DNA of 49,402 nt from an uncultured bacterium (GTDB lineage Bacteria > CAYJRR01): assembly GCA_964372275.1 (NCBI GenBank), contig CAYJRR010000015.1, positions 1 through 49,402 on the forward strand, in the 5' to 3' direction. The notes under the pieces were generated by a model. That model did no database searches and was not told the DNA's origin. It saw only the letters and a list, made by a program, of their open reading frames with translations. Position 1 is the first letter of the stretch; the number at the start of each line of letters is the position of its first letter. Position numbers and translations under genes: made by a program. This document shows positions 38,017 to 47,899 of this stretch, in pieces.

Positions 38017-39396
38017 ATGGCCCGGCACGACCCGCCCGACGACGCGTCGTCCACGGTCGCGTCGACGCGGCCGGTCTACGGCAAGGGGGCGCCGCTCCCG
38101 TTGACCCTCCACCGCCTCGCCCTCCGCATCGAGGGGCGCAGCGGGGACCGCGCGGTGGAGATCGACCGGGACGTGGCGCGCATCGGCACCGCGCCGGACA
38201 ACGACGTCGTCCTGTCGGACGACTCCGTCAGCCGCTACCACGCGGAGCTGGTGCGCACCCCGCGCGGGTGGCGCGTGCGCGATCTCGAATCGACCAACGG
38301 GACGACGCTGCAGGGGCCCGGGGAGCTCCCCGGAGGAGCCCGTATGGGCGGACACGGCTCGCGCGTCGTCGAGGCTTATCTCGCCGACGGGTCGGTGCTC
38401 GGCCTCGGCGAGACGAGGATCCGGGTGCGGGCCGTCGACGAGGTGGTCTCGGTCGACCCGTCGCAGACCGACCGTTTCGGGGAGCTGTGCGGCGCGACGC
38501 TGCCGATGCGGCAGCTGTTCGGACTGCTGGCGAAGCTATCCCCCACCGACGTGACGGTGCTGCTCCTGGGAGAGACCGGCTCGGGGAAGGAGCTCGCCGC
38601 GCGGGCGATCCACGAGGGGAGCCGCCGCCGCACCAAGCCGTTCGTGGTGGTCGACGCCGCGTCGGTCGCCGCGAACCTGGTGGAGAGCGAGCTGTTCGGC
38701 CACGAGCGCGGCGCCTTCACCGGCGCCGACCGCCGGCGGGTCGGGGCGTTCGAGGCGGCCGACGGCGGAACGGTCTTCCTCGACGAGATCGGCGAGCTTC
38801 CGCTCGAACAGCAGCCGACGCTGCTGCGCGTGCTCGAGCGCCGCGAAGTGAAGCGGGTCGGGTCGAACGAGATCCGCCACGTCGACGTCCGGGTGGTGGC
38901 CGCGACGCATCGCGACCTGCCGAAGCTCGTCGCCGAGGGCCGCTTCCGCGAGGACCTCTGGTTCCGTCTCGCCGTCGCAGAGGTGCGGCTGCCGCCGCTG
39001 CGCGAGCGCCTCGACGACCTTCCCCTGCTGCTCGCGCGGTGGATGGAGACGGGCGGCGGCCGGATCTCCGCCGAAGCGGTGACGCTGCTCAAGGGGCACC
39101 GCTGGCCCGGGAACGTGCGCGAGCTGCGCAACGTCTGGGAGCGCGCGCGGGCGCTGGCCGGCGACGAGACGGTCGAGCCGAAGCATCTGGCCTCGCTTGC
39201 CGCCGCCGGCGTCCCGCCCCCCGAGGGGGCCGCGACGGAGACGAGCCTCGCGGGGAAGAGCCTCGCAGAGATCGAGAAGCTGGCGATCGCGGCAACCCTG
39301 GCGGCGAACAAGGGGAACAAGGCGGCGACGTCGCGGGACTTGGGGATCGCGTATTCGACGTTGCTGGAGAAGCTCAAGCGCTACGGAGTGGGGTAG
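38017..39396 (+). CDS. FHA-domain sigma54-dependent transcriptional activator (FHA-AAA+-HTH)
   Basis: IGT...SRYHA...DLESTNGT (FHA), GETGSGKE, ESELFGHERGAFTGA, LDEIGE, WPGNVREL, Fis-type HTH. Confidence 0.96.
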   Translation: MARHDPPDDASSTVASTRPVYGKGAPLPLTLHRLALRIEGRSGDRAVEIDRDVARIGTAPDNDVVLSDDSVSRYHAELVRTPRGWRVRDLESTNGTTLQGPGELPGGARMGGHGSRVVEAYLADGSVLGLGETRIRVRAVDEVVSVDPSQTDRFGELCGATLPMRQLFGLLAKLSPTDVTVLLLGETGSGKELAARAIHEGSRRRTKPFVVVDAASVAANLVESELFGHERGAFTGADRRRVGAFEAADGGTVFLDEIGELPLEQQPTLLRVLERREVKRVGSNEIRHVDVRVVAATHRDLPKLVAEGRFREDLWFRLAVAEVRLPPLRERLDDLPLLLARWMETGGGRISAEAVTLLKGHRWPGNVRELRNVWERARALAGDETVEPKHLASLAAAGVPPPEGAATETSLAGKSLAEIEKLAIAATLAANKGNKAATSRDLGIAYSTLLEKLKRYGVG

Positions 39397-39410
39397 AGGC
39401 CGAAACGGGT

Positions 39411-39464
39411 CCGAATCGGCTATCGAGTCGAGTCGGCCTCGGCGACCGATTCGGCTCGACTTCG
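39411..39464. terminator. Hairpin between convergent genes
   Basis: GTCGAGTCG...CGGCTCGAC and CCGAATCGG...CCGATTCGG inverted repeats; no clear U-tract. Confidence 0.4.
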
Positions 39465-39487
39465 AAAATACGCGCGGGACTTCGCCG

Positions 39488-41242
39488 TCAGCGCGGCGGC
39501 GCAGGCGGTGGCGCTGGATCGAGCAGAAGCCTTCGCTGCCAACGGTTGGTGAATCGACCACGGGGATCGAGCTCTTCGCGGACGCGCAGAAAGTTCTCCA
39601 AGTCCGGATAGGCCTGCGCGATCTGCTCCCTGGAGAGACACTCCGGCAAGAGTTTGCCCCAGTGCATGCGAACGTTCGCCGTCCCCAGCTCGGCAGAAAG
39701 CGCCTGATAGAGGGCGCTTACGAATCGGCGCGACATCTCCTGCGTTGATTCGCTTTCACCGGCGAAGGACAGATCGAACATGGCCACGTCTTCCGGATGG
39801 CCGAGCGAGGCCTCGGTCGCCTTGACGAATCGGATGAGGATGGGGAAGGTCACGAGTTCACGGTTCTGGGCAAACTCTGCCGTGACCCGACGGAACACCT
39901 CCATCGCGCGAAGATATGCGTCGCCCCGGATCGGGACGCTGATCTCCGCTCCCTGGGTCGCGACGCGAACGTGGCGATCCTCGTTCTTGAAGACGTTGTA
40001 GCTTCGGTTGGTGTGTTCCGCGTCCGCCATCGCCTTCATGCCGCGGCTGATCATCCCGGGCAAGAGCTTGGGAAAGTACTTGCCGATCTTCTCCGTGAGT
40101 CCCACCACCGTTTTCTCGGCGTGGTGAGACAACATCTCGTTGGGTCGTGAGTGTTCGGGCTTCACGAAGAAGCGGCGCAGCGGGTTTGCCTTTCGGGGGT
40201 TGGCGAAACTGGCGGGTTCGTGCTGCTCGAATGCGCGCTGCCTCTCATCGTCGACCGGGTGCCGCGACGTGACGATCACCGCGTCGGTGTAGGGGCTCCA
40301 CAGAACGTCGAGGTAGCGGGAACGCTCGGGATGTCCCGAAAACTGCCGAGCGTTGCCCGCCGCAGGGCGATCCGTCTCCATGATGTTGTAGACGTTCTCG
40401 CCCGCGAGGACCTCCTGTGCCGCCCGTCCTGTCGTCGCGGTGCGAACTTCGGTCATGTGATGACGCGCGACCGTCTTGACGACGTAGCTGTGGACGACGC
40501 CGAGCATCCCCAGATGAATCTGCGAAGCACGAAACGTCTCGTCGGCCTGCACGAGCGTCCAGTCGGGATGGGTGGCTTGGAAGCGTTCCGGATCGGTCAT
40601 TCCATCCGTCGGCTCGATACGGATCCTGCGACCGTTGGCCGTGACGAGGTCGACGCCCTGAACGATGTCGCCGATGGGACCGTGCTTCAAGATCGAGCCG
40701 TGCGTGCCGGTGGCCAGTGCGCCGCCGAGGGTCTGCCCGTCGTACCCACCCAGGGACGGCAGGGCTTGCCCTTCGCGGTCCCACAACGTCTGGTTGATCT
40801 CGCGAAGCGTCGTGCCGGAACCGATTCGGAAAAGGTTGGACGCGGCGACCGACTCTTTCAGTTCCTTCTCATCCACACGTTCGACGAATCGGAATCCCTC
40901 CGGCTCGACGTAGACTCCGCTGGATTGCGCGACGGGCGACCAAGAATGCCGCGACCCGCCCGCCTTGATCTCCGCCTCCGGCGGGAGCGCCTGGTCGAGG
41001 TACCGCAGTGATTCACTCAGCTCTTGGAGGGTCGTCGGTCGCAGCGAAAGCGCCGTCCATCGCTGGTTGCCTCCGTTGTTCACCCATACCTTCTCGCGGA
41101 GATCCTCGGCGAGCTCGCGCAGTGGTTCCTCCGCGGATGGACAGTCCTCCCGGAAGCCTCCGGTTTGCCCCGCGTCTACAGCGAAGGGAAGACAGAGAAT
41201 TGCGAATGCGATGACCGCCGGCCACGTGCGAGATCTGCCCAT
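39488..41242 (-). CDS. Exported FAD-binding oxidoreductase (arabinono-lactone oxidase-like)
   Basis: GGSRHSWS, GQTLGGALATGTHGS, LGMLGVV, IRFVK, RMHWGK, LDPRGRFTN; signal peptide; GGAGGGG RBS. Confidence 0.9.
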   Translation of the reverse strand: MGRSRTWPAVIAFAILCLPFAVDAGQTGGFREDCPSAEEPLRELAEDLREKVWVNNGGNQRWTALSLRPTTLQELSESLRYLDQALPPEAEIKAGGSRHSWSPVAQSSGVYVEPEGFRFVERVDEKELKESVAASNLFRIGSGTTLREINQTLWDREGQALPSLGGYDGQTLGGALATGTHGSILKHGPIGDIVQGVDLVTANGRRIRIEPTDGMTDPERFQATHPDWTLVQADETFRASQIHLGMLGVVHSYVVKTVARHHMTEVRTATTGRAAQEVLAGENVYNIMETDRPAAGNARQFSGHPERSRYLDVLWSPYTDAVIVTSRHPVDDERQRAFEQHEPASFANPRKANPLRRFFVKPEHSRPNEMLSHHAEKTVVGLTEKIGKYFPKLLPGMISRGMKAMADAEHTNRSYNVFKNEDRHVRVATQGAEISVPIRGDAYLRAMEVFRRVTAEFAQNRELVTFPILIRFVKATEASLGHPEDVAMFDLSFAGESESTQEMSRRFVSALYQALSAELGTANVRMHWGKLLPECLSREQIAQAYPDLENFLRVREELDPRGRFTNRWQRRLLLDPAPPPAPPR

Positions 41243-41272
41243 CGTCCCCTCCCCGGAGAGTCCGCGTTCTTC

Positions 41273-41287
41273 GCAACAATCGCGCCA
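41273..41287 (-). promoter_or_regulatory. Sigma54 (-24/-12) promoter
   Basis: TGGCGCG-ATTG-TTGC, 30 nt before ATG 41242; a dyad CCATCG-N9-CGATGG lies at 41301-41321. Confidence 0.75.
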
Positions 41288-41403
41288 CACGAGGAATCCG
41301 CCATCGCGTTGCAATCGATGGTGTTTCTGAAGACGAGCCGAGCCGTCCGATCGGTGCCGAGTCAATCCTGCATGCCCGGGACTTCGACACCCCGACGATC
41401 CCG

Positions 41404-42120
41404 TTACGCCGGTTGGCGGGGGTTCTCGGTGCGCCAGGCGCGCCAGAGGACGGCGGCGGTAACGATTGTCGTCGCCACGTAGACAACGGCGACGGTGAAC
41501 CGGAGAGTGGTCGCCTCGCGGGCCACGATCGAACTGCCGATCGCGGCGTAGAGGAGGCTGGTCGGCGCCATGGCGGCGAGCGTCGCAGCGACGTACCGGC
41601 GCATCGGGAGCGCGAGCAGGCCCGACGCGAGCGAAACGGCCTCGCAGTTCATCAGCGGACAGGTTCGCCCGAGGAAGACGGCGAGAAAGCCTCGCCGCGA
41701 GAGGAAGCCTGCGAAGGCGCGGCCACGCGGACCCATCCGGCGGGCGACGTAGTCGGCGCCGAGCGCTCGTCCCATGCCGTAACCGGCGAGCGCGGCAAGC
41801 ACCCCCGCCAGCAATCCGAGCCCGGCGCCGGCGGCAGTGCCGAAAAGCGCGCCGCCAGTGGCGGTGACGACCGACCGCGGCACCCATCCCAGCGGCAGGA
41901 GGCTGCCCGCGACGACGAACCAGACCGGCGCCCACGGTCCACCGGCGGCGATCGTCGCGCGCAACGTCTCGCGGTCGAGCCAGCCGCGCGATCCGGCGAC
42001 CAGCGCCGCAACCACGAACAGGAGTGTCGCTCCGAAGAGGGCCCCGAAACGGAAGCGCTCGGAGACGGAGACACGCATGGGTGCGGGGAGGTCCCCGTGG
42101 GAGCCCGAACGGGCGGACAT
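41404..42120 (-). CDS. TVP38/TMEM64 (VTT/DedA-type) membrane protein
   Basis: GPWAPVWFV, VPRSVVTATGGALFG, YGMGRALG, FLGRTCP, YVAATLAAMAP; start may be 42078. Confidence 0.88.
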   Translation of the reverse strand: MSARSGSHGDLPAPMRVSVSERFRFGALFGATLLFVVAALVAGSRGWLDRETLRATIAAGGPWAPVWFVVAGSLLPLGWVPRSVVTATGGALFGTAAGAGLGLLAGVLAALAGYGMGRALGADYVARRMGPRGRAFAGFLSRRGFLAVFLGRTCPLMNCEAVSLASGLLALPMRRYVAATLAAMAPTSLLYAAIGSSIVAREATTLRFTVAVVYVATTIVTAAVLWRAWRTENPRQPA

Positions 42121-42211
42121 TTGGCGAGACTCCCTGCCGCGCCACCACTTCGTCAAGCGATCCTCCACCGCGCGCCGCGCGCGCGAATCGGGAATCGGAT
42201 TCCGATACGGG

Positions 42212-44881
42212 TCAGCGCTCCTGGAGCTCGGCATAGTCCAGCACCGGGAACTCGCCCCGAATCGCGGTCGTGGGGGAGGTGAAGCGCACGTGCGTTCGGT
42301 GCGTCGGCAGGACGTTGGTCGGCTCGAGCGCGGTGAGCCAGAGGTCGTCAATCGACAGCACGGCGGCGGAGACGGTGTGGGTGTCGCGGGTCGAAACAAA
42401 CTCCCGGATCGTGCTTCCCGTCGGTCCGAAGGCGAGCATCCGCACGTTGGAGGTCCCCTGCCGCACGAAGGCCCAGCACGCTTCACCCCCCGCCCCATCC
42501 GAGCCGACGCGCACGGTGAGCTCCGGGTAGCCCAGGGTGATCGCGGCCGGGGAGAGGGTCTTCTGCGCAAGGAACGTCGCCTGCCCGTCGGGAGCGACCC
42601 ACTCGACCTTCAGCACCGTTCCGCCGCTCTCGATCCAGGCGACGCAAGCCCGATTGTCGACCAGCGAGCGGGCGTAGGCCATCGTCGAGGCGTAGGACCG
42701 CGCCGTTTGCCAGTCGCCGGTCCGGTCGAGCGTTCCGAGGGCGTAGCCGCCGGCACTGGTCCATACCGCCCAGACGAACTGGCCGTCGGGCGACGAGGCG
42801 GCGAAACGGTTGAAGGAGAAGGGGCTGGGGCCCGGTAGCGGAACGACCTCCGTGTCGGGAGGCTCGTCGCCAACCGAGAGGTCGACGCGCCAGAGCACCG
42901 GTTCGAACGGATCGATCGAGTAGCCCCAAACGGCCGAGCCGTCCGGCGCCGCCGCGAATGCGCTCCCGATGGAGACCGGCTGCACGGTCCCCGCCACGTC
43001 GAGCGCCGAAACGAGCCGAATCGTCTCCCCCGACGCGCCGACGTGACGGAGCGTGCCACCGGCGTAGGAGTAGAGCCAGGCGCCGCCAGTCGTGTGGTCG
43101 AGACCGATCGAGACGTCGGCGGCCGGTCGATCGCCCGGCATGCGTCCATAGGCATCGAAGGTGCCGACCCGCTTGAGACCGAGGTCCCCGGAGAGCGGCA
43201 TCGGCCGGAACCACATCCCCTGGTCGGCGTCGACCATGTACGGCCACGATCCGACCGGCTCCACGTCGTAGGCGCCGTCGTCCTCGGCCCGCATCGTTTC
43301 CCAGTCGGTCCCCCACCAGAACCCGCCTCCGATCGGATCGGCGGCGAACCCTCGACTCCCCTCCGGGGCGTCGACGTGCAGGATCGTCGCCGCTTCCAGA
43401 TCGGCCCCGAGCTCGAGTCGCGGGACGTCGAGCTTTCGCAGACCGTCGCCGAGGCACACGGCCCACAGCTCGTCGGGACCGGAAAAGGCGATCTCGTAGA
43501 GAGAGGCATCGACGCCGTACGTTCCGAAGGGCGTGCCGCCGCTGCTCCAGATCCGGAGCAGCGTGTCCGCGGAACCGGCCGCCAGCGGCGGACGGACGAC
43601 CCACACTTCGTCGGTCCCCGGACGCGCGACGACCCCCGCGTGATAGGTCCCCATTTCAGCGGTGTCGACGATCGTGAGCCCGGCCTCCGTGGCGCGGAAG
43701 AGGCTCTGTCCGGCCGATCCCCATACGCTTCCATCGGCGCCGAATGCGAGCGCCGAGACCGTGGCACCGCCGGCGATCGTGTGCGGTCCGAGCGCCGGCG
43801 CCAGGCCGCCGTCGGCGTCGACGTCCCAACATTCGAGGGTGGTCGTCCCGGTGGTGTGTCCCAGACACAGTCGCCGCGCATCGTCGGCCGCGAGGCTAAG
43901 ACCCGAGCTGCCCGAGCCCAATTCCACGGTGTCGGTGACCGTGCCGTCGATCCTTCGCCGTACCTTCAGCGACCGATCGGCACCGAGCATGCGGACGGAG
44001 GCGATGTGGTCCGCACCGCTCCCGGCCGGCGGCGGAACGTAGGCCGCCGCGTATACGTCGTAGGAGACGTCGAAGATCAACGGGTCGAATGGATCGAAGC
44101 GGACCGCCGTGGCCGCCGCGATTCCCCACAGCATGACACCTCCGACCCGGATCACCGCCTCGGCGGTGCGGGACCGGAGCGTGAACGGATCGTCGGACGG
44201 TCCGTCGCGGACGACGAGCCGCGCGCGATGGACGGCCGGGACCGGAATGACGTCCGCCATCACCGCCACCGGGTCGTCGGAGTGGCTTCCGTCCGGCAGG
44301 GTCCAGGAGTACTCGAGCGGATCGAGGTCGGGGTCTTGGCTTCGCGTCCCGTCGAAGGAGAGATCGACCGGCGCCCCCGGAGCCCAGGGGAGCCCGCCGC
44401 TCGACAGAACGAGCAACGGCGGCGCAACCGCGACCGGAGGAAGGTTGGTGAGCTCCAACGGCACCGACGCCTCGCTCCATGCCCCGCCCGGATCCTCGAC
44501 CCGTACGCGAAAGACCAGCGGCGGCGATCCCACGGGGAGCCGCCGGCGGTAGGCGTCCTCGAGCAGCAGCGTGCCGTCCGCGGACGAACGGCGCTCGCCG
44601 GTCGGAAGCTCGAACCGGAACGCGAGCGATCCACGGTCTTCGAGCTGGGGGTCGGTCGAATCGCGAGCGTCGAGGAGGAGGCACGCGCCACGAGACGCGG
44701 TCAGCACGATCGTTCCGTTCGTGCCGGCAGCGGCGGAGGGACACGACGCCGGATCGATCACTCCGAAGCTGCGCACCACGAGCGCCGCCGCCGGCGCGAT
44801 CGCGGGGTCCTGGCGATTGTCCCGGTCGGGTAGGCATCCGGCAGCGAAGGCCGGGGCGAGGAGCCAAAGCCGCCGGCTCAT
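42212..44881 (-). CDS. Large lipoprotein with PKD/Ig-like domains and a beta-propeller-like region
   Basis: FAAGC lipobox then RDNRQDP; NLPPVA...FDGTRSQDPDLDPLEYSW (PKD); repeated xxDGxxW blades. Confidence 0.8.
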   Translation of the reverse strand: MSRRLWLLAPAFAAGCLPDRDNRQDPAIAPAAALVVRSFGVIDPASCPSAAAGTNGTIVLTASRGACLLLDARDSTDPQLEDRGSLAFRFELPTGERRSSADGTLLLEDAYRRRLPVGSPPLVFRVRVEDPGGAWSEASVPLELTNLPPVAVAPPLLVLSSGGLPWAPGAPVDLSFDGTRSQDPDLDPLEYSWTLPDGSHSDDPVAVMADVIPVPAVHRARLVVRDGPSDDPFTLRSRTAEAVIRVGGVMLWGIAAATAVRFDPFDPLIFDVSYDVYAAAYVPPPAGSGADHIASVRMLGADRSLKVRRRIDGTVTDTVELGSGSSGLSLAADDARRLCLGHTTGTTTLECWDVDADGGLAPALGPHTIAGGATVSALAFGADGSVWGSAGQSLFRATEAGLTIVDTAEMGTYHAGVVARPGTDEVWVVRPPLAAGSADTLLRIWSSGGTPFGTYGVDASLYEIAFSGPDELWAVCLGDGLRKLDVPRLELGADLEAATILHVDAPEGSRGFAADPIGGGFWWGTDWETMRAEDDGAYDVEPVGSWPYMVDADQGMWFRPMPLSGDLGLKRVGTFDAYGRMPGDRPAADVSIGLDHTTGGAWLYSYAGGTLRHVGASGETIRLVSALDVAGTVQPVSIGSAFAAAPDGSAVWGYSIDPFEPVLWRVDLSVGDEPPDTEVVPLPGPSPFSFNRFAASSPDGQFVWAVWTSAGGYALGTLDRTGDWQTARSYASTMAYARSLVDNRACVAWIESGGTVLKVEWVAPDGQATFLAQKTLSPAAITLGYPELTVRVGSDGAGGEACWAFVRQGTSNVRMLAFGPTGSTIREFVSTRDTHTVSAAVLSIDDLWLTALEPTNVLPTHRTHVRFTSPTTAIRGEFPVLDYAELQER

Positions 44882-45110
44882 GTGGAGACCTTCGGTCGGT
44901 CGCCGCGCCAGGCGCGCCACAGGAGCGCGCCGGAGACGACGGTCATCGCCACGTAGAGCGCGGCGACCGGGGCACGGAAGCGCCCTGCCTTCTCGGCGAC
45001 GATCGAATCGCCGATCGCGGCGTAGAGCACGCTGGTCGGCGCCATGGCGGCGACGGTGGCGGCGAGGAAGCCGCGCCGCGCGACGAACGCGGCGAAGGCC
45101 CGCCACCCAT
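44878..45110 (-). pseudogene. Truncated, internally deleted copy of the VTT gene 3' end
   Basis: RAFAAFVARRGFL-AATVAAMAPTSVLYAAIGDSIVA...LWRAWR aligns with the 41404 protein. Confidence 0.75.
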
Positions 45111-45259
45111 GGGCACCGGCGACGAGCGCCGCATGGCGCAATGGTACGGACGATCCCGTTCCGACGGGCATCTGCCGAGGTTCCCCGCGACGCCAGGTCG
45201 GCGTCAAGCGATCGGGGGCCGCAGCGCTGCGGAAGCTGTGCTACAAGCGCTGGACCTCC

Positions 45260-46633
45260 ATGGCCAAGGCGAGAAGCCACTTCAGTTGCCAAGCGTGCGG
45301 CGCGCAGGAGCCCAAGTGGATGGGACGCTGCCCGGCGTGCGGCGAGTGGGGAACGCTGGTCGAAGAGGTCGTCGCTCCGGCGGCGCGAGGCGCGCGCGGG
45401 TCGGTCGTTCAGGGCGGGCAAGGCGTCCGGGCGCTGGGCGAGATCGTCGCCGACGAGCGCCCGCGCGCGCCGACCGGTTCGGCGGAGCTCGACCGGGTTC
45501 TGGGCGGCGGGATCGTCGCCGGCTCGGCGATCCTGGTCGGCGGCGCGCCGGGGATCGGGAAGTCGACGCTGCTGCTGCAGGTGCTCGACCGTCTCGCCCG
45601 CACGGGCGGCACCCGCGCCCTCTACGTCTCGGGAGAGGAGAGCGAAAAGCAGATCAAGCTGCGGGCCGACCGGCTGGGGGTCCGGTCGGACGGGCTGTTC
45701 GTCCTGGCGGAGACGTCGCTCGAGTCGATCGAGGCGGCGCTGGAGAAGGTGAAGCCCTCGGTGGCGGTGATCGATTCGATCCAGACCGTCTACTCGGGGC
45801 TCCTGGAGAGCGCGCCAGGCAGCGTCTCTCAGGTGCGCGACGTGGCGGCGGCGCTCACCGCGTTCGCAAAACGCACCGGCACCGCGCTGCTCCTCGTCGG
45901 CCACGTCACCAAGGAGGGGGCCATTGCGGGCCCGCGCGTCGTCGAGCACCTCGTCGACACCGTCCTCTACTTCGAGGAAACGTCCGGACACAGCTACCGG
46001 ATGGTTCGCTCGGTGAAGAACCGCTTCGGCTCGACGCACGAGCTGGGGGTCTTCCAGATGGGGGACCAAGGGCTCGCCGACGTCGGCAACCCATCGGCGC
46101 TGTTCCTGGCGGAGCGCCCGAAGGGGAGCCCGGGCAGCGTGGTGCTGGCGGCGGTCGAAGGGACGCGGCCGATCCTGGTCGAGACGCAGGCGTTGGTCGC
46201 CCGCAGCCCTCTCGGCACGCCACGGCGGACGGCGCTCGGAATCGACGCGGCGCGCGCCACGCTGCTCGTCGCCATTCTCGAGAAGAAGTCGGGGCTGGCC
46301 CTCGCCGACCTGGACGTCTACGTGAACGTCGCCGGCGGGGTGAAGCTACGCGAACCGGCCGCCGACCTGCCGGTCGCGGTGGCGATCGCCTCCTCGGTCT
46401 TCGACCGCCCGGTCGACCCGGCGGCGGTCGTGTTCGGCGAGGTGGGGCTGGCCGGCGAGGTGCGGGCGGTGACCGGCGCAGAGCCGCGGGTGAAGGAGGC
46501 GGCGAAGCTCGGATTCACCCGCGTGGTGCTGCCGGCGGCCTCCGCGAAGGGACTGTCGATTCCGGGCATGGAGCTGATCGGCGTACAGACGGTCGACCAG
46601 GCGCTGCAGGCCGCGGTTTCCAGCCACCGATAG
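45260..46633 (+). CDS. radA: DNA repair protein RadA/Sms
   Basis: CQACG...KWMGRCPACGEW, GAPGIGKST, KNRFG, GEVGLAGEVR. Confidence 0.98.
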   Translation: MAKARSHFSCQACGAQEPKWMGRCPACGEWGTLVEEVVAPAARGARGSVVQGGQGVRALGEIVADERPRAPTGSAELDRVLGGGIVAGSAILVGGAPGIGKSTLLLQVLDRLARTGGTRALYVSGEESEKQIKLRADRLGVRSDGLFVLAETSLESIEAALEKVKPSVAVIDSIQTVYSGLLESAPGSVSQVRDVAAALTAFAKRTGTALLLVGHVTKEGAIAGPRVVEHLVDTVLYFEETSGHSYRMVRSVKNRFGSTHELGVFQMGDQGLADVGNPSALFLAERPKGSPGSVVLAAVEGTRPILVETQALVARSPLGTPRRTALGIDAARATLLVAILEKKSGLALADLDVYVNVAGGVKLREPAADLPVAVAIASSVFDRPVDPAAVVFGEVGLAGEVRAVTGAEPRVKEAAKLGFTRVVLPAASAKGLSIPGMELIGVQTVDQALQAAVSSHR

Positions 46634-46657
46634 GCGGGAGACGGACAGGAGCTACCC

Positions 46658-47806
46658 GTGATCGATTTCGAGCTGACGGCGGAACAGAGATCGTTGCAGG
46701 AGACGGCGCACCGCTTCGCCGCCGAGGTGATCCGGCCGGTGGCCGCGCGCTACGACGCCGACGACGAGTTCCCGGCCGCCGAGCTCGCCAAGGCATGGGA
46801 GCTGGGTCTGTCGTGCGAGGTGATCCCGCCGGAGTACGGGGGGTTGGGCCTGGGATCCCTCGACCTGTGTCTCCTCGAGGAGGAGCTGGCCTGGGGTTGC
46901 GCGGGATTCTGGGTGAGCCTGACGGTGAACAACCTGGCCCTGAACGCGATCCTCCTCGGCGGATCCGACGAACAGAGGAAGCGATTCCTTCCGCGCTTCA
47001 CCGAGTCGTTCGGGATGCTCGCCTACTGCCAGAGCGAGCCCGGGGCCGGCTCCGATCCCGGCGGGCTCGCCACGACGGCCCGCCGCGTCGGCGATCGCTA
47101 TCTTCTCGAAGGAACGAAGCAGTGGATCACCAACGGCGGTGTGGCCGACCTCTACGTTGTCTTCGCCACCGTCGATCGCGCTTCTGGGAAGAAGGGGATC
47201 ACCGCCTTCCTCGTCGAGAAGGGGACGCCGGGCCTGGTCCTCGGAAAGAAGGAGGACAAGATGGGTCAGCGCGCCTCCGACACGCGCTCGATCGTCCTCC
47301 AGGAGTGCGCCGTCCCGGCGGCGAACCGCCTCGGCGCTGAGGGGGAGGGGTTCAAGCTGGCGATGCGCCTGCTCGACCGCTCCCGCCCGACGATCGCCGC
47401 CGGCGCGACCGGGATCGCGCGCGCCGCGATGGAGCACGCGGTGCGCTACGCCCAGGAGCGGACGCAGTTCGGCGCGCCGATCGGGTCGTTCCAGGGGATC
47501 CAGTTCCTGCTCGCCGACATGGCGCAGACGATCGAAGCCAGCCGCCTCCTCACCTGGCGTGCCGCCGCCGCCGTCGACCGCGGACCGGCGTCGCCGATGT
47601 ACGCCTCGATGGCCAAGTGCTTCGCCACCGACACCGCCATGCGCGTCACCACCGACGCGGTGCAGGTCTTCGGCGGGTACGGCTACACCAAGGAGTACCC
47701 CGTCGAGAAGCTGTTCCGCGACGCCAAGGTGCTGCAGATCTACGAGGGCGCGAACCAGATCCAACGGATGGTGATCGCGCGCGAGCTCGCCCGCGGCGCG
47801 TCCTAG
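46658..47806 (+). CDS. Acyl-CoA dehydrogenase
   Basis: SEPGAGSD, GTKQWITNG, KMGQRAS, RTQFG, QVFGGYGY, IYEG. Confidence 0.97.
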   Translation: MIDFELTAEQRSLQETAHRFAAEVIRPVAARYDADDEFPAAELAKAWELGLSCEVIPPEYGGLGLGSLDLCLLEEELAWGCAGFWVSLTVNNLALNAILLGGSDEQRKRFLPRFTESFGMLAYCQSEPGAGSDPGGLATTARRVGDRYLLEGTKQWITNGGVADLYVVFATVDRASGKKGITAFLVEKGTPGLVLGKKEDKMGQRASDTRSIVLQECAVPAANRLGAEGEGFKLAMRLLDRSRPTIAAGATGIARAAMEHAVRYAQERTQFGAPIGSFQGIQFLLADMAQTIEASRLLTWRAAAAVDRGPASPMYASMAKCFATDTAMRVTTDAVQVFGGYGYTKEYPVEKLFRDAKVLQIYEGANQIQRMVIARELARGAS

Positions 47807-47863
47807 GTCCGCGGGAGGCCGACGGCCCACCTCGGCCGCGGGGGCGCGGGGGGCATCGGAGGA

Positions 47864-47880
47864 TCGCCGCGAAGCGGCGA
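47864..47880. terminator. Short GC hairpin between convergent genes
   Basis: TCGCCGC-GAA-GCGGCGA. Confidence 0.35.
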
Positions 47881-47899
47881 CCGCACGGCCCCTCCCGAT

